From contig JABEUV010000114.1 in the NCBI GenBank assembly GCA_013044195.1, forward strand, positions 1-62,764: a stretch of DNA of 62,764 bases, read 5' to 3'. Position 1 is the first letter of the stretch. Each line of letters begins with the position of its first letter. Made by a program: the position numbers and the translations under genes. Below the pieces are notes generated by a model. That model made no database searches, was not told the DNA's origin, and saw nothing but the letters and a program-made list of their open reading frames with translations. This document shows positions 52,161-61,491 of this stretch, one piece after another. This DNA comes from Elusimicrobiota bacterium (GTDB taxonomy: Bacteria; Elusimicrobiota; Elusimicrobia; UBA1565; UBA9628).

Positions 52161-54026
52161 ATGCGGCGGATCAATTTGTTCTTCGGCGGCCTCGTTATTC
52201 TTCTGTCCGGTGGAGCCGCCGCGCAGATGCGGGTCGACGTTCCGGCCGATGTCCGGCTGGCCGCGTCGGCGCCGGGCGTTTCCGCGTTGGCCCCGACGCT
52301 GCCGACGGCCGGACCGCTGGCGGCGGCCGCGCCCGCGCGCACGGCTCCCATTTTTTCTCCCTCGTCCGTCGCGATTGGCCCGACGGCGGCTGCGACGGAC
52401 CCCGCGGCCTCCGTCGCGAATGCTCTTGAAGACGGCGGCGCGCGCGGTGCGGCAATGGCTCCGGCCGCCGCGGCGGTTCCCGCCTATGGACGCGGCGGAT
52501 CCGTCGGCGCGGCGCATGCGCAGGCCGCGGCTTTATTCGACGGCGGTCGCCCGCTCAACGTGCTGATGGCGGGCGCCGAGGCGGTGCCGTTCATCAAGAC
52601 GGGAGGGCTTGCCGACGTCGTCGACGCGCTTTCCCGCGGCTTGGCCGAACGCGGCCATCGCGTCGTGCTGGTCTTGCCTAAATACCGGGCGCTCAAGCTG
52701 GACGGGGTGGCGCTTTCGCGCGCGGGCGAGGTTTCGGTTCCGATGGGCGGCCGCAACGAGACCGCCCGTCTCTGGAAGGCGAAGGTCGGCGGCGTCGACC
52801 TCGTGCTTCTGGATCATGAGGGATATTACGACCGTCCGGGAGGCCCCTACCAGGGCAAGACGTCGGTTTACGCAGACGACGACAACGCCGAGCGCTTTGC
52901 GTTCTATTCGCGCGCGGCCTTGGAGGCCGCACGGGCTCTGGGTTTCAAGCCGGACATCGCGCACGCGCACGACTGGCATGCCGGCCTCATGGCGGCCTAC
53001 CTCAAGCTGACCTACGGCAACGATCCGTTTTTTGCGGCGACGCGCTCCGTCGTCACGATCCATAATCTTGCGTTTCAAGGCGTCTATCCGATCGAGGCGG
53101 CCGCGCGCGCCGGCTTCTCGGGCGAACAGGCGGCGCCCATGGGCCCGTTGGAATACTGGGGCGGCATCAGCTATCTGAAGGGAGGCTTGGCGCTTGCCGA
53201 CGCGGTCACGACGGTCAGTCCGACTTACGCGCGCGAAATTCGGGAGAAATCCGAGTTCGGCATGGGCCTGGAGGGCGTGCTCAACGCGCGCTCCGACGGC
53301 GTGCTCGGCATACTCAACGGCCTGGACCCGGAGCTCAACGACCCGCGTACGGACGCTCATATCGCCCGCAATTACGGCTCCGGGGACGTCGCCGAGGGCA
53401 AGGCCGCGAACAAGGCGTGGCTCCAGCGGCGGCTTGGGCTTGAGCAACGGCTGGGCGCGCCGTTATTCGTGGTCGCTTCGCGCTTGGCGGCACAAAAGGG
53501 AATCGACCTCGTCCTCGAGTCCATCGACGAGCTTGTCGCCCGCGGAGCGCAGGTCGTCGTGACCGGGTCCGGCGATGCGGCTCTGGAGGAGAGCCTTGCG
53601 GCGGCCGTCGCGCGGCATCCGGGTCAGGTCGCGGCTCATCCGTTCGACGAGATATTCGTTCACGCGGTCTATGCCGCGGCCGATTTTCTGCTGATGCCCT
53701 CGCGCTTTGAGCCGTGCGGACTGTCCCAGCTCATCGCGCATCGCTACGGCGCCTTGCCGATCGTCACCCCCACCGGCGGCTTGGTCGACACGGTTCGTGA
53801 CCTGCGCCTCGACGCTTCGCGCGGGGATGGCATCATGATGCGCGAGTTCTCCGTGCGCGGTCTCGTCGAGGCCGTCGAGGCCGCGATCGCCGCCTATCGC
53901 CGCCCCGCCTCTCTCTCGGCGGCGCGCGCGACCGCGATGGGCAATGACTCGTCTTGGGGTTCCGCGCTCGACGCGTACGTCGCGCTCTACCGCAGACTGA
54001 CCGGCGCTGCGGAGTCGGCGCGTTGA
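52161..54026 (+). CDS. glgA: Glycogen/starch synthase (GT5) with ~130-aa N-terminal signal-like + Ala/Pro-rich extension
   Basis: The catalytic core starts near 52560 (NVLMAGAEAVPFIKTGGLADVV). The ORF is open from the ATG at 52161 (MRRINLFFGGLVILLSGGAAAQ). The start is uncertain; GTG 52560 or ATG 52566 are alternatives. Confidence 0.9.
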   Translation: MRRINLFFGGLVILLSGGAAAQMRVDVPADVRLAASAPGVSALAPTLPTAGPLAAAAPARTAPIFSPSSVAIGPTAAATDPAASVANALEDGGARGAAMAPAAAAVPAYGRGGSVGAAHAQAAALFDGGRPLNVLMAGAEAVPFIKTGGLADVVDALSRGLAERGHRVVLVLPKYRALKLDGVALSRAGEVSVPMGGRNETARLWKAKVGGVDLVLLDHEGYYDRPGGPYQGKTSVYADDDNAERFAFYSRAALEAARALGFKPDIAHAHDWHAGLMAAYLKLTYGNDPFFAATRSVVTIHNLAFQGVYPIEAAARAGFSGEQAAPMGPLEYWGGISYLKGGLALADAVTTVSPTYAREIREKSEFGMGLEGVLNARSDGVLGILNGLDPELNDPRTDAHIARNYGSGDVAEGKAANKAWLQRRLGLEQRLGAPLFVVASRLAAQKGIDLVLESIDELVARGAQVVVTGSGDAALEESLAAAVARHPGQVAAHPFDEIFVHAVYAAADFLLMPSRFEPCGLSQLIAHRYGALPIVTPTGGLVDTVRDLRLDASRGDGIMMREFSVRGLVEAVEAAIAAYRRPASLSAARATAMGNDSSWGSALDAYVALYRRLTGAAESAR

Positions 54027-54067
54027 TTGACAGCCGCGGATAAAACCGCGACAATGCCGACGGAACG

Positions 54068-55603
54068 ATGAAATTGGGAACCCGCGGTTGCGGACTGCTT
54101 TTGCATCCGACGTCTCTGCCGGGGCCGCACGGCGTCGGCGACCTCGGTGCGCCGACGCGGAAGTTCGTCGAGACGCTGGCCGCCTGCGGGCAGTCGTGGT
54201 GGCAGATGCTGCCGGTCGCGCCGCCGGGCGGCTGCCGCTCGCCGTATAACGCGGTCTCGGCGTTCGCGGGCAGTCCGCTGCTGCTGAGCCTGGACGCGCT
54301 CGTCGAGGAGGGCTTCCTGTCGCGCGCCGACGCGCAGGCGCCGGATTTTCCCGCCGACCGCGTGGATTTCGCCGCGGCGGAGGGCTTCAAGCTGCCGCGT
54401 CTGCTCAAGGCGCATGAGAATTTTTCCGCGCGCGCGTCCTCGGCGGCGAAGGCTGAACTTGAGTCCTTCTGCGCCGAGCAGAGGGAATGGCTGGAAGATT
54501 ACGCTCTGTTCTCCGCTTTGCGGCAGGCCCACGGCGGCGCGCCGTGGACGACATGGGACGAGGGTCTGCGCGCGCGCCGTCCGGCGGCGCTGGCGAACGC
54601 ACGCAAAGGCCTGGACGAGCCTATCCGCTTCCACCGCTTCGTTCAGTTTCAGTTCGCGCGCCAATGGGACGCCCTGCGCCGACTGTGCGCCGAGAAAGGC
54701 GTGGGCCTGATCGGCGACATCCCCATTTTCGTGGCGCACGACAGCGCCGACGTCTGGGCCAACCCGGGGTTGTTCTGGCTGGATAAGAAAGGCCTCCGGC
54801 TCAAGGTCGCGGGCGTGCCGCCGGACTACTTCAGCAAGACCGGCCAGCTGTGGGGCAACCCGTTGTACCGCTGGGACGCGATGCGCAAGGACGGCTACAA
54901 GTGGTGGGTCGAGCGCCTGCGTTCGGCCTTCGGGCGTTTCGACGCGGTCCGACTGGATCATTTCATCGGCTTTCACAACTACTGGGAGATCCCGGCCGAC
55001 TCGCCGACGGCCGAGCGCGGGCGCTGGGTGCTGGGCCCCGGCGCCGCGCTGTTCGAGCGGGCGCGCAAGGTCTTGGGCGAACTGCCGTTGATCGCCGAGG
55101 ACCTGGGTGTCGTGACCGAGGAGGTCAAGTCTTTGCGCGACCGCTGCGGTTTCCCGGGGCTCAAGGTCCTGCTGATGGCCTTCGGCACCGACCCCGAGGC
55201 CGACAGCTACAAGCCCTACAGTTACCCGCGCCGCAGCGTCGTCTACACCGGCACGCACGACAACGATACCGTCGCGGGCTGGTTCAACGACGCCGGTTCG
55301 GCGTCCAGCACGCGGACCGCCGACGAGGTCCGCGGCGAGCACGCCGCCGTCCTGCGCTACCTGGGAACCGACGGGCGGGACATCCATTGGGACATGATCC
55401 GCCTGGCGCTGTCGTCGGTCGCGGACACGGCGATCATCCCCGTGCAGGACGTGCTGGGCCTGGGCAGCGAGGCGCGCATGAACCTTCCCGGGACCGCGTC
55501 GGGAAACTGGGGCTGGCGGATGAGTCCGGGGGCGCTTGACGGCGCGCCGGGCACGAGGCTCTCGGAGATGACGGAAACCTTCGGCCGCCGTCCGGTCCGC
55601 TGA
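54068..55603 (+). CDS. malQ: 4-alpha-glucanotransferase (amylomaltase, GH77)
   Basis: 511 aa: GLLLHPTSLPGPHGVGDLG, DIPIFVAHDSADVW, RLDHFIGF. Full-length MalQ layout. Confidence 0.95.
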   Translation: MKLGTRGCGLLLHPTSLPGPHGVGDLGAPTRKFVETLAACGQSWWQMLPVAPPGGCRSPYNAVSAFAGSPLLLSLDALVEEGFLSRADAQAPDFPADRVDFAAAEGFKLPRLLKAHENFSARASSAAKAELESFCAEQREWLEDYALFSALRQAHGGAPWTTWDEGLRARRPAALANARKGLDEPIRFHRFVQFQFARQWDALRRLCAEKGVGLIGDIPIFVAHDSADVWANPGLFWLDKKGLRLKVAGVPPDYFSKTGQLWGNPLYRWDAMRKDGYKWWVERLRSAFGRFDAVRLDHFIGFHNYWEIPADSPTAERGRWVLGPGAALFERARKVLGELPLIAEDLGVVTEEVKSLRDRCGFPGLKVLLMAFGTDPEADSYKPYSYPRRSVVYTGTHDNDTVAGWFNDAGSASSTRTADEVRGEHAAVLRYLGTDGRDIHWDMIRLALSSVADTAIIPVQDVLGLGSEARMNLPGTASGNWGWRMSPGALDGAPGTRLSEMTETFGRRPVR

Positions 55604-55605
55604 TC
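55551..55605 (+). repeat. Direct repeat copy 1 (authentic 3' end of malQ including its stop)
   Basis: 55 nt, 52 of them identical to 57150-57204. Confidence 0.9.
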
Positions 55606-55723
55606 CCCCCAGTCGGCACGTTCGCGCCCGGATGAGTCGAATTTTGGCGCGGCCGCCGGCAGAAGTGAGCTGATTTCTCCTGCTTTGTTGGCGTGCGGCG
55701 ACAGTTTCTGGAGGGAAGCCTAT

Positions 55724-57061
55724 ATGAAGACCGCTTCGATGTTCATTCTCGTCTCGTTGGCGCAGACGCTCGCGTTGCCGGTTGGCGCGGCGAATTCGCA
55801 AGGCGAGGCCACGCCCCACGGCTGCGAGCCGAGCAATGTCACGGCCACCTTCCTGGGCCACGCCATTCGCTACAGTTGTTTCGAAGGCGACAACTCTATC
55901 ACTGAACAACAGTTGATTAATCGACAACAGTCGCAGGGAGGACAGATAAACGGTTCCGCGAGAGGAGCAAGCTCGCGCGGCTCGTCGTATGATCCTACGA
56001 GCGGAATGAGGATCGCGTTTTCTCCCGATCCGAAATGCCGGTTCGCGGCGGGGACGACGATGGAACTTCGCAATCCCTGCTTGCTGATCAGCGACAATGA
56101 CCAGGATATCCTGCCCAAGTATGCGATTGGCTACGTGAACAGATGCTTCCCGAATGGGGGAAAAGTATACACGTTGGGAGCCTGCGTTGCCTCGTATCAC
56201 CGCAAAGCGGGGGCCCACCACACATCGGGGTCGCTCACCATTACTCGCTGGCCGTCGCCAACGCCGCTGCGAGGCTCCGGCGTGGTCGCCTTTCGCTTCT
56301 CGCCGGGCGCTACGGTCACGGGCTTCTACACGAAGATGGTCGGGTATATGCCGATCGAGACCGAGGTCGCGGTTGCGCTTGCGGGGTCGGCGAGCATGAA
56401 AGTTTCCTACTGGTCGCCACGCTTAAAGAAGAGCTCGAGCTCCAGCTCCAGCGCCGGAACCGCCGGTGGCGGAACCGCTGGCGGTGGCGAAACTGTTCTT
56501 GCGACGTACACTTCTGGGACCAATAGATTCCCAGCTCAAGCCATGGGGAAGAGCCTCACTTTTAAAGTTTGGGGCGGCGGCGGCGGGGGTGAAGACGGCA
56601 CCAACTACAATGGCGTTAGCGGCGGCGGCGGCGGCGGATATAACCAGACAACAATTCAAGTCAACTCCAGCGATGCGCAAGGGTTCACTGTCGTGGTTGG
56701 CGCCGGCGGCAAGGGCAATAGCAACGGCGGCGAGAGTTTGGTCATTAATAGCGTGGGGATGGGCATTATCTCCGCCAAGGGTGGCACGGGGGGCAGCACC
56801 TTTGCCAACACTCCTGCTCCTGGTGGGAGCGGGAGCATCGTGGGTGGTGCTGGAAGCCCCGGGACTAATACGACTGGTGGAGCGGGTGGGAATGGGGCCA
56901 ATGGCGGCGGAAGCGGCGGAACTGGCGCGGCGCAAAATCAAGACGGCATTAATGGCCTGTCTCCAGGAGGAGGAGGGGGAGGGGCGGGAGCTCTTGTTAG
57001 TGTCGGCTCCGATAAGGTCAGCAGCGGCGGCAATGGGGAAGTCATCATAGAGACGCCGTGA
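55724..57061 (+). CDS. Exported protein with C-terminal glycine-rich (tail-fibre-type) domain
   Basis: The ATG at 55724 follows GGAGGGA. Signal peptide MKTASMFILVSLAQTLALPVGA. The C-terminal ~200 aa contain GGGG/GxGG runs and end ...SSGGNGEVIIETP. The 5' half is visibly less GC-rich. Confidence 0.7.
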   Translation: MKTASMFILVSLAQTLALPVGAANSQGEATPHGCEPSNVTATFLGHAIRYSCFEGDNSITEQQLINRQQSQGGQINGSARGASSRGSSYDPTSGMRIAFSPDPKCRFAAGTTMELRNPCLLISDNDQDILPKYAIGYVNRCFPNGGKVYTLGACVASYHRKAGAHHTSGSLTITRWPSPTPLRGSGVVAFRFSPGATVTGFYTKMVGYMPIETEVAVALAGSASMKVSYWSPRLKKSSSSSSSAGTAGGGTAGGGETVLATYTSGTNRFPAQAMGKSLTFKVWGGGGGGEDGTNYNGVSGGGGGGYNQTTIQVNSSDAQGFTVVVGAGGKGNSNGGESLVINSVGMGIISAKGGTGGSTFANTPAPGGSGSIVGGAGSPGTNTTGGAGGNGANGGGSGGTGAAQNQDGINGLSPGGGGGGAGALVSVGSDKVSSGGNGEVIIETP

Positions 57062-57149
57062 ATCCGGCATGGGAAACGCATCGAATTTCTCGGATTTTGG
57101 CGATGGTTTTGGAACCCCGCTGGCGCGCCGCGCGCATGGCCCAGTCTCG

Positions 57150-57204
57150 GCATGAGGCTTTCGGAGATGACGGAAACCTTCGGCCGCCGCCCGGTCCGCT
57201 GATC
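57150..57204 (+). repeat. Direct repeat copy 2 (orphan malQ 3'-end remnant abutting the MFS gene stop)
   Basis: Same 55-mer with 3 mismatches. Its TGA directly abuts the TCA (stop) of the convergent MFS gene. Confidence 0.9.
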
Positions 57205-58510
57205 AGTCCACGTCGAGCGCGCGCAGGCTGGGGGTGATCGCCGCGGCCAGCAGCAGAAGGGCGCCGCCGAAGCCGACGGCCGCCGCCTGGTTGTCGTGCA
57301 GGAACTTCATCAGGAAGCCGCCCAGCCCGACCGAGACGAGTATTTCCGGGAACACGATGAACATGTTGAACATCCCCATGTAGATCCCGTATTTCTCCTT
57401 CGGGAGATGCTCGACGAGGATCACGTAGGGCATCGCGACGATCGAGGCCCAGCCGATGCCGGCGGCGACCATCGGGAGGTACAGCCAGCGCGGGTCGTGG
57501 ATGAACGGCACCGAGAGCAGGCCGGCGCCGCACACAAGCAGGGCGAAGGCGTGGGTGAAGCTGCGGCCCAGGAGCTTCACGCAGGCGGGGATGCACAGCG
57601 CGAACAGCGGCGTCGCGATCCCCTTGACCATCGTCGTGCGCGCGGCCCAGCGGATTCCGCTTTCGTAGAGCGCGGAGTGCGGGTCGACGGCGCCGAACAC
57701 GTTGTGCGCCACGGCCACCGCGTAGTACATCCACATGCAGAACAGTCCCATCCACGTGAAGAACTGGATCACGGCCAGCCGCTTCATCACGGGCGGCATG
57801 TGGGCGTAGCAGTCGCGCGTCTCGCTCGCCCATTCCGTCAGCGCCTGCCCGACGGTTTGCGACGAGGCCTTCCGGAACGCGTCCATGTCGTCGGGCGGAT
57901 ACTCGGACGTCGTGACCACCGTGTAGAGGATGGAGACGAGGAAGATCGCAGCACAGGCGTAGAACGACAGCGCCATGGGCTGCGCTCCGAACGCGGCGAG
58001 CGCGGGGAACGTCTTGTTCATGTCGATGGAGGCGATGTAGTTGCCGACGATCGTGCCCAGGCCGATCATCAGGCTTTGCATCGCGTAGCCCGAGGGTCGC
58101 TGCGCGGAGTTCTGCTTGTCGGCGACGAAGGCGCGAAAGGGCTCCATGCTGATGTTGAGCGAGGTGTCCAGCACCCACAGCAGGCCGGCCGCCATCCACA
58201 GCGACGAGGATGAAGGCATCAAAGTCAGCGCCGTGGTCGCCAGGACCGCCCCGCATAGAAAGTACGGCCGACGGCGCATGCGCAGGGCCGGAATCCAGGT
58301 CTTGTCGCTCATGTAGCCGATGATCGGCTGGACGATCAGCCCCGTCATCGGCGCGGCCAGCCACAGCAGCGCCAGCTGGTCGGGCTTGGCGCCCAGTTTC
58401 TCGTAGATCGAGCTCATGCGCGCAAACTGTATCTCGAAGCCGTGCTGGATGCCGAAAAATCCGACGCTCATGTTGACGATCTGCCAGATCGACAGATCGG
58501 GTTTTTTCAT
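57203..58510 (-). CDS. Sugar:H+ symporter, GPH/SUT (SLC45-like) type MFS
   Basis: 435 aa: LWLAAPMTGLIVQPIIGYMSDKTW...RMRRRPY, typical of sucrose/maltose-type symporters. 12 TM. Confidence 0.88.
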   Translation of the reverse strand: MKKPDLSIWQIVNMSVGFFGIQHGFEIQFARMSSIYEKLGAKPDQLALLWLAAPMTGLIVQPIIGYMSDKTWIPALRMRRRPYFLCGAVLATTALTLMPSSSSLWMAAGLLWVLDTSLNISMEPFRAFVADKQNSAQRPSGYAMQSLMIGLGTIVGNYIASIDMNKTFPALAAFGAQPMALSFYACAAIFLVSILYTVVTTSEYPPDDMDAFRKASSQTVGQALTEWASETRDCYAHMPPVMKRLAVIQFFTWMGLFCMWMYYAVAVAHNVFGAVDPHSALYESGIRWAARTTMVKGIATPLFALCIPACVKLLGRSFTHAFALLVCGAGLLSVPFIHDPRWLYLPMVAAGIGWASIVAMPYVILVEHLPKEKYGIYMGMFNMFIVFPEILVSVGLGGFLMKFLHDNQAAAVGFGGALLLLAAAITPSLRALDVD

Positions 58511-58513
58511 CGG

Positions 58514-61273
58514 CTATCTCCAGAAGGAGGTTCCGGCGAAGACCGAGGCCGCGATCGCCAGGACCGACCACAGCGCCGCACCCGCGGCGATGCGCGTCGC
58601 CGTCGGCTTGGGCAGCAGCCCGGCCCGCGCCAGCTGGGCCAGGATCACCAGCGGGCCCGTGACGCCGAACGCGCAGCCGACGACGTTATACCAGCGTCCG
58701 GACGCCATGAACACCGGCACGAGCAGGAGGTTGCCGACCAGGCCGACGAGCAGGTACAAAGGTTTTACGCCGCGCAGTTTTTCCAGCGCCGTCGCCCGGG
58801 CCTGCGCGTCCGTGCCGCGCGCGGCGGCGACCAGCTTCGAGTTCTGGAGAATCTGCGGCAGGGGGAAAGCCGCGAACACCGCGGCCGCCGCGATGCCCAG
58901 CGCCGAGACGGCCGCCCCGTGCGCCAGGAGCAGGGGTGCGGCCAGCGCCGAGGCGACGGACGCGGCGACGGTCAGCGCCCAGCGCGTGCGGGAGACGCGC
59001 CCGGCCGCGGCCAGCTGGGTCAGGATGATCAGCGAGCCCGCAGCGCCCACCAGCGCGTTGGCGATCAGCGCCGGGCTGCCGCTGGCCAGGAACGAAGGGA
59101 AGTTGAAGAGATTTCCAACGACCAGCGCCAACTGCGAGCCGACGCTGACGCCGGCCAGGCGCTGACTTGCCTGGGCGGCCGCGTCGCCGCCCGCCTTGAG
59201 CGCGCGCATGTTGCGCCGGTTCTCGGCGATCTGCACCCACGGAAAGAAGAGGAAGACGGAGTTCGCGGCCCAGCCGCAGGCGGCGGCGAAGACGCCGTAG
59301 TGCGCGGCCGTCAGCCACGCGGCGATCGGCTTTGCAGCGCCGGCCGCCGGCGCCGTCGCGATCGCCGCCAGGTTTCGCTTCGCCGCCGGCGCAACGCGCT
59401 GCTGGGCGGGCAGCACGACGTCGCGGACGAACGGCGCCATCAGCGCCGTGGGGCGACCCGCGGCGTCCACGATCTGCTCGATGCGCAAAAGCGTAAACGA
59501 GCCGTAGCCGGCGGCCATCATCGCGCTCACGTTCCGGTAGCCGGTTTCGCCGGAGATGGGTAGGGCGTTCTCGCCGTGCAGTGGCACGCCTTTGCTTCGG
59601 GCCAGCCCGGCGATTTGGGCGGCGAGCGCGTGCGGCGCGCTGTAGAACGGCGCCGTGGCGGCCAGCGAGTCGTCCATCTCGATGCACGTAAAGATCAGTT
59701 CCGCGCCGAACTTCTTGACCCGGTCGATCAGCCGGCCGTAGTCGAAGTATCCGGCGGCGCGCTCGGCGGCGTGCGGCATGTCGGGGCTGTCGTAGAGCCA
59801 GTGCACGCCGGCCAGCTTCACGCCGAACCCGGCGCCGAACGTCGGATGCAGGCGCCGACCAGCGAGTTCCAGCATGCGGTCCAGATGCCGCTCCAGCACG
59901 CCCTGGTACCAGCCGAGGAAGTCCCGGCCGTAGGGCGTCTTCGCCCCGTCGCGGAAGAAACGGTCGCCGTCGCCGGGCGGCTGGACTTCGTCGAAGGATT
60001 TCAGGGCCGTGCCCCACGCGGCGTTGAGGCGGCCCAGGTCGCCGCCGTATTTCTCCGTCATGCTCCGGCGAAAATCAGAGCGGGCGGGCGCTGAGTAGGC
60101 CTGTAGCCGGCCGCGTTCGGGAAACTTCCAGCCGGCCTCCAGATTGTACGACGGGTAGCGCAGCTCGCCGGCCGGTCCCAGGCTGAGCTCGATTTTGGGG
60201 ATGATGTCGGAGTCGGACGCGAAGTTCTGAGCGAAGGACGCCATCGCGGCGTCGTAATGCTTATAGACGTCCTGGTTCCAGAACGCCACGTACTCGTCGT
60301 CCACGAAGCCCTTCTCGTCGACGAACTTCATGTCGTCGGGGTTCGTTGCCGACTTCCAGACCCACGACGGCACGGGCTGGTTGCAGTTATCGCCCACGTT
60401 GCCGCCGCAGCGATGGAAGGAGAGAATCGGGACCCACTTGAGCCCGGCCGCGCGCACGGCGTCGGCGTAGCGCTTGTAGTAGCTCCAGTCGTAGCGGCCT
60501 TCGTTCTTCTCGAACTTTCCCCACCACAGGTCGCTGGTGATGCCGGCGACGCCGTTGTCTTTCAGCGTCTTGAGCTGCGCGCCGAACGCGTCCCAGTCCT
60601 GGATGTCGAGCAAAGACCCCATCACGTAGACCTGCTGGACCTGCGCGGAGGGCGCAAGCTCGCCGAGGCTCGTCCGGCGTCCCGGGAGCGTTCCCATCGC
60701 GGCGTCCGGCCGCGCGTACGGCTCGCCGCGCGTCTTGTCGCCGTCGAAGAGAAACCGGCCGTCCTGGGAGGCGGCGCCTGAAGGCCGCGCCCGTGCGGCC
60801 TTCGGCGCGCCGGCCGGGGCGGCCGCGTTCCGGATCGCGGATCCGGCGGGCTGTCGCGGCGAAGGGCCGAGAGGCTGAGCGTCGGCCGCGGAGGCGGCCG
60901 TGATCGGCGCGGCGGAGGGTGCGGCCGCGCCGAGAGCCGCGATGCGCGCGGGTGCGTCGGCCGCGGCGGCCGCGGCCGGCGCAAGCGCCGGCGCGAGGGC
61001 GGACGCGAGGGCGGTTTGGACGCCGTTCAGCGACGCGACCGGCGCCGTCGGCGCAAGCGCAAGCGCGATCGGCGCGATCGCGCCGGCCGTGACGGACGCG
61101 CCGGATTGGGCCCCGGAGGTCGCGGCGGATGCGGCTTGCGCGGATTCGACGGATTGGGCCAGCGCCGAAGCGAGGAACGGGGCGTTCGGGACCGCGGTCG
61201 ACAGGCACAAAAAAACGGGAAGGAGCGCCTTGAGAAGGCTCCTCCCGTTTCCGCGCCGTGCCCGTCCCGACAT
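58514..61273 (-). CDS. Exported GH14 beta-amylase fused to a C-terminal 7-8 TM PQ-loop/SWEET-like domain
   Basis: Signal peptide, then an Ala-rich linker. GH14 signatures are DLWWGKFE and SFHRCGGNVGDNCNQPVPSWVW. The C-terminal ~270 aa have PQ-type motifs FFPWVQIAEN and FPLPQILQNSK in a 3-1-3(+1) helix layout. Confidence 0.86.
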   Translation of the reverse strand: MSGRARRGNGRSLLKALLPVFLCLSTAVPNAPFLASALAQSVESAQAASAATSGAQSGASVTAGAIAPIALALAPTAPVASLNGVQTALASALAPALAPAAAAAADAPARIAALGAAAPSAAPITAASAADAQPLGPSPRQPAGSAIRNAAAPAGAPKAARARPSGAASQDGRFLFDGDKTRGEPYARPDAAMGTLPGRRTSLGELAPSAQVQQVYVMGSLLDIQDWDAFGAQLKTLKDNGVAGITSDLWWGKFEKNEGRYDWSYYKRYADAVRAAGLKWVPILSFHRCGGNVGDNCNQPVPSWVWKSATNPDDMKFVDEKGFVDDEYVAFWNQDVYKHYDAAMASFAQNFASDSDIIPKIELSLGPAGELRYPSYNLEAGWKFPERGRLQAYSAPARSDFRRSMTEKYGGDLGRLNAAWGTALKSFDEVQPPGDGDRFFRDGAKTPYGRDFLGWYQGVLERHLDRMLELAGRRLHPTFGAGFGVKLAGVHWLYDSPDMPHAAERAAGYFDYGRLIDRVKKFGAELIFTCIEMDDSLAATAPFYSAPHALAAQIAGLARSKGVPLHGENALPISGETGYRNVSAMMAAGYGSFTLLRIEQIVDAAGRPTALMAPFVRDVVLPAQQRVAPAAKRNLAAIATAPAAGAAKPIAAWLTAAHYGVFAAACGWAANSVFLFFPWVQIAENRRNMRALKAGGDAAAQASQRLAGVSVGSQLALVVGNLFNFPSFLASGSPALIANALVGAAGSLIILTQLAAAGRVSRTRWALTVAASVASALAAPLLLAHGAAVSALGIAAAAVFAAFPLPQILQNSKLVAAARGTDAQARATALEKLRGVKPLYLLVGLVGNLLLVPVFMASGRWYNVVGCAFGVTGPLVILAQLARAGLLPKPTATRIAAGAALWSVLAIAASVFAGTSFWR

Positions 61274-61439
61274 CTCCGCCTCCGTGCGAGGTCCTATGTC
61301 TCTTATGCCGCCGCCATGACGAGTATATCTCGGTCTCGGGACGCTTGCCAGGGACCAAGAAGGACGACCGTGGAACGCGATGGGCCTAATCGGGCCTGGG
61401 CCTTTCGGTCGGCGCGGCGACGCGCCGTCGGTTCGTTGC

Positions 61440-61455
61440 GGGTCGAAATGTTGCT
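61440..61455 (+). promoter_or_regulatory. Weak sigma-54-like match gGGTCG-aaatg-TTGCT
   Basis: GG at 61441-61442 and GC at 61453-61454, 38 nt upstream of the ATG at 61492. The -24 element is poor. Confidence 0.2.
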
Positions 61456-61491
61456 AAAGTGGCTTATGCCCGCCGTCAAGGAGAGCCGCTC

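Noticed and set aside
52083-52517. 144-aa minus-strand ORF upstream of, and opposite to, the glgA extension.
   Set aside because: It is an Arg-rich low-complexity translation with no start context. The plus-strand reading has a signal-like N-terminus and shares the LFD[GA] motif with two other proteins.
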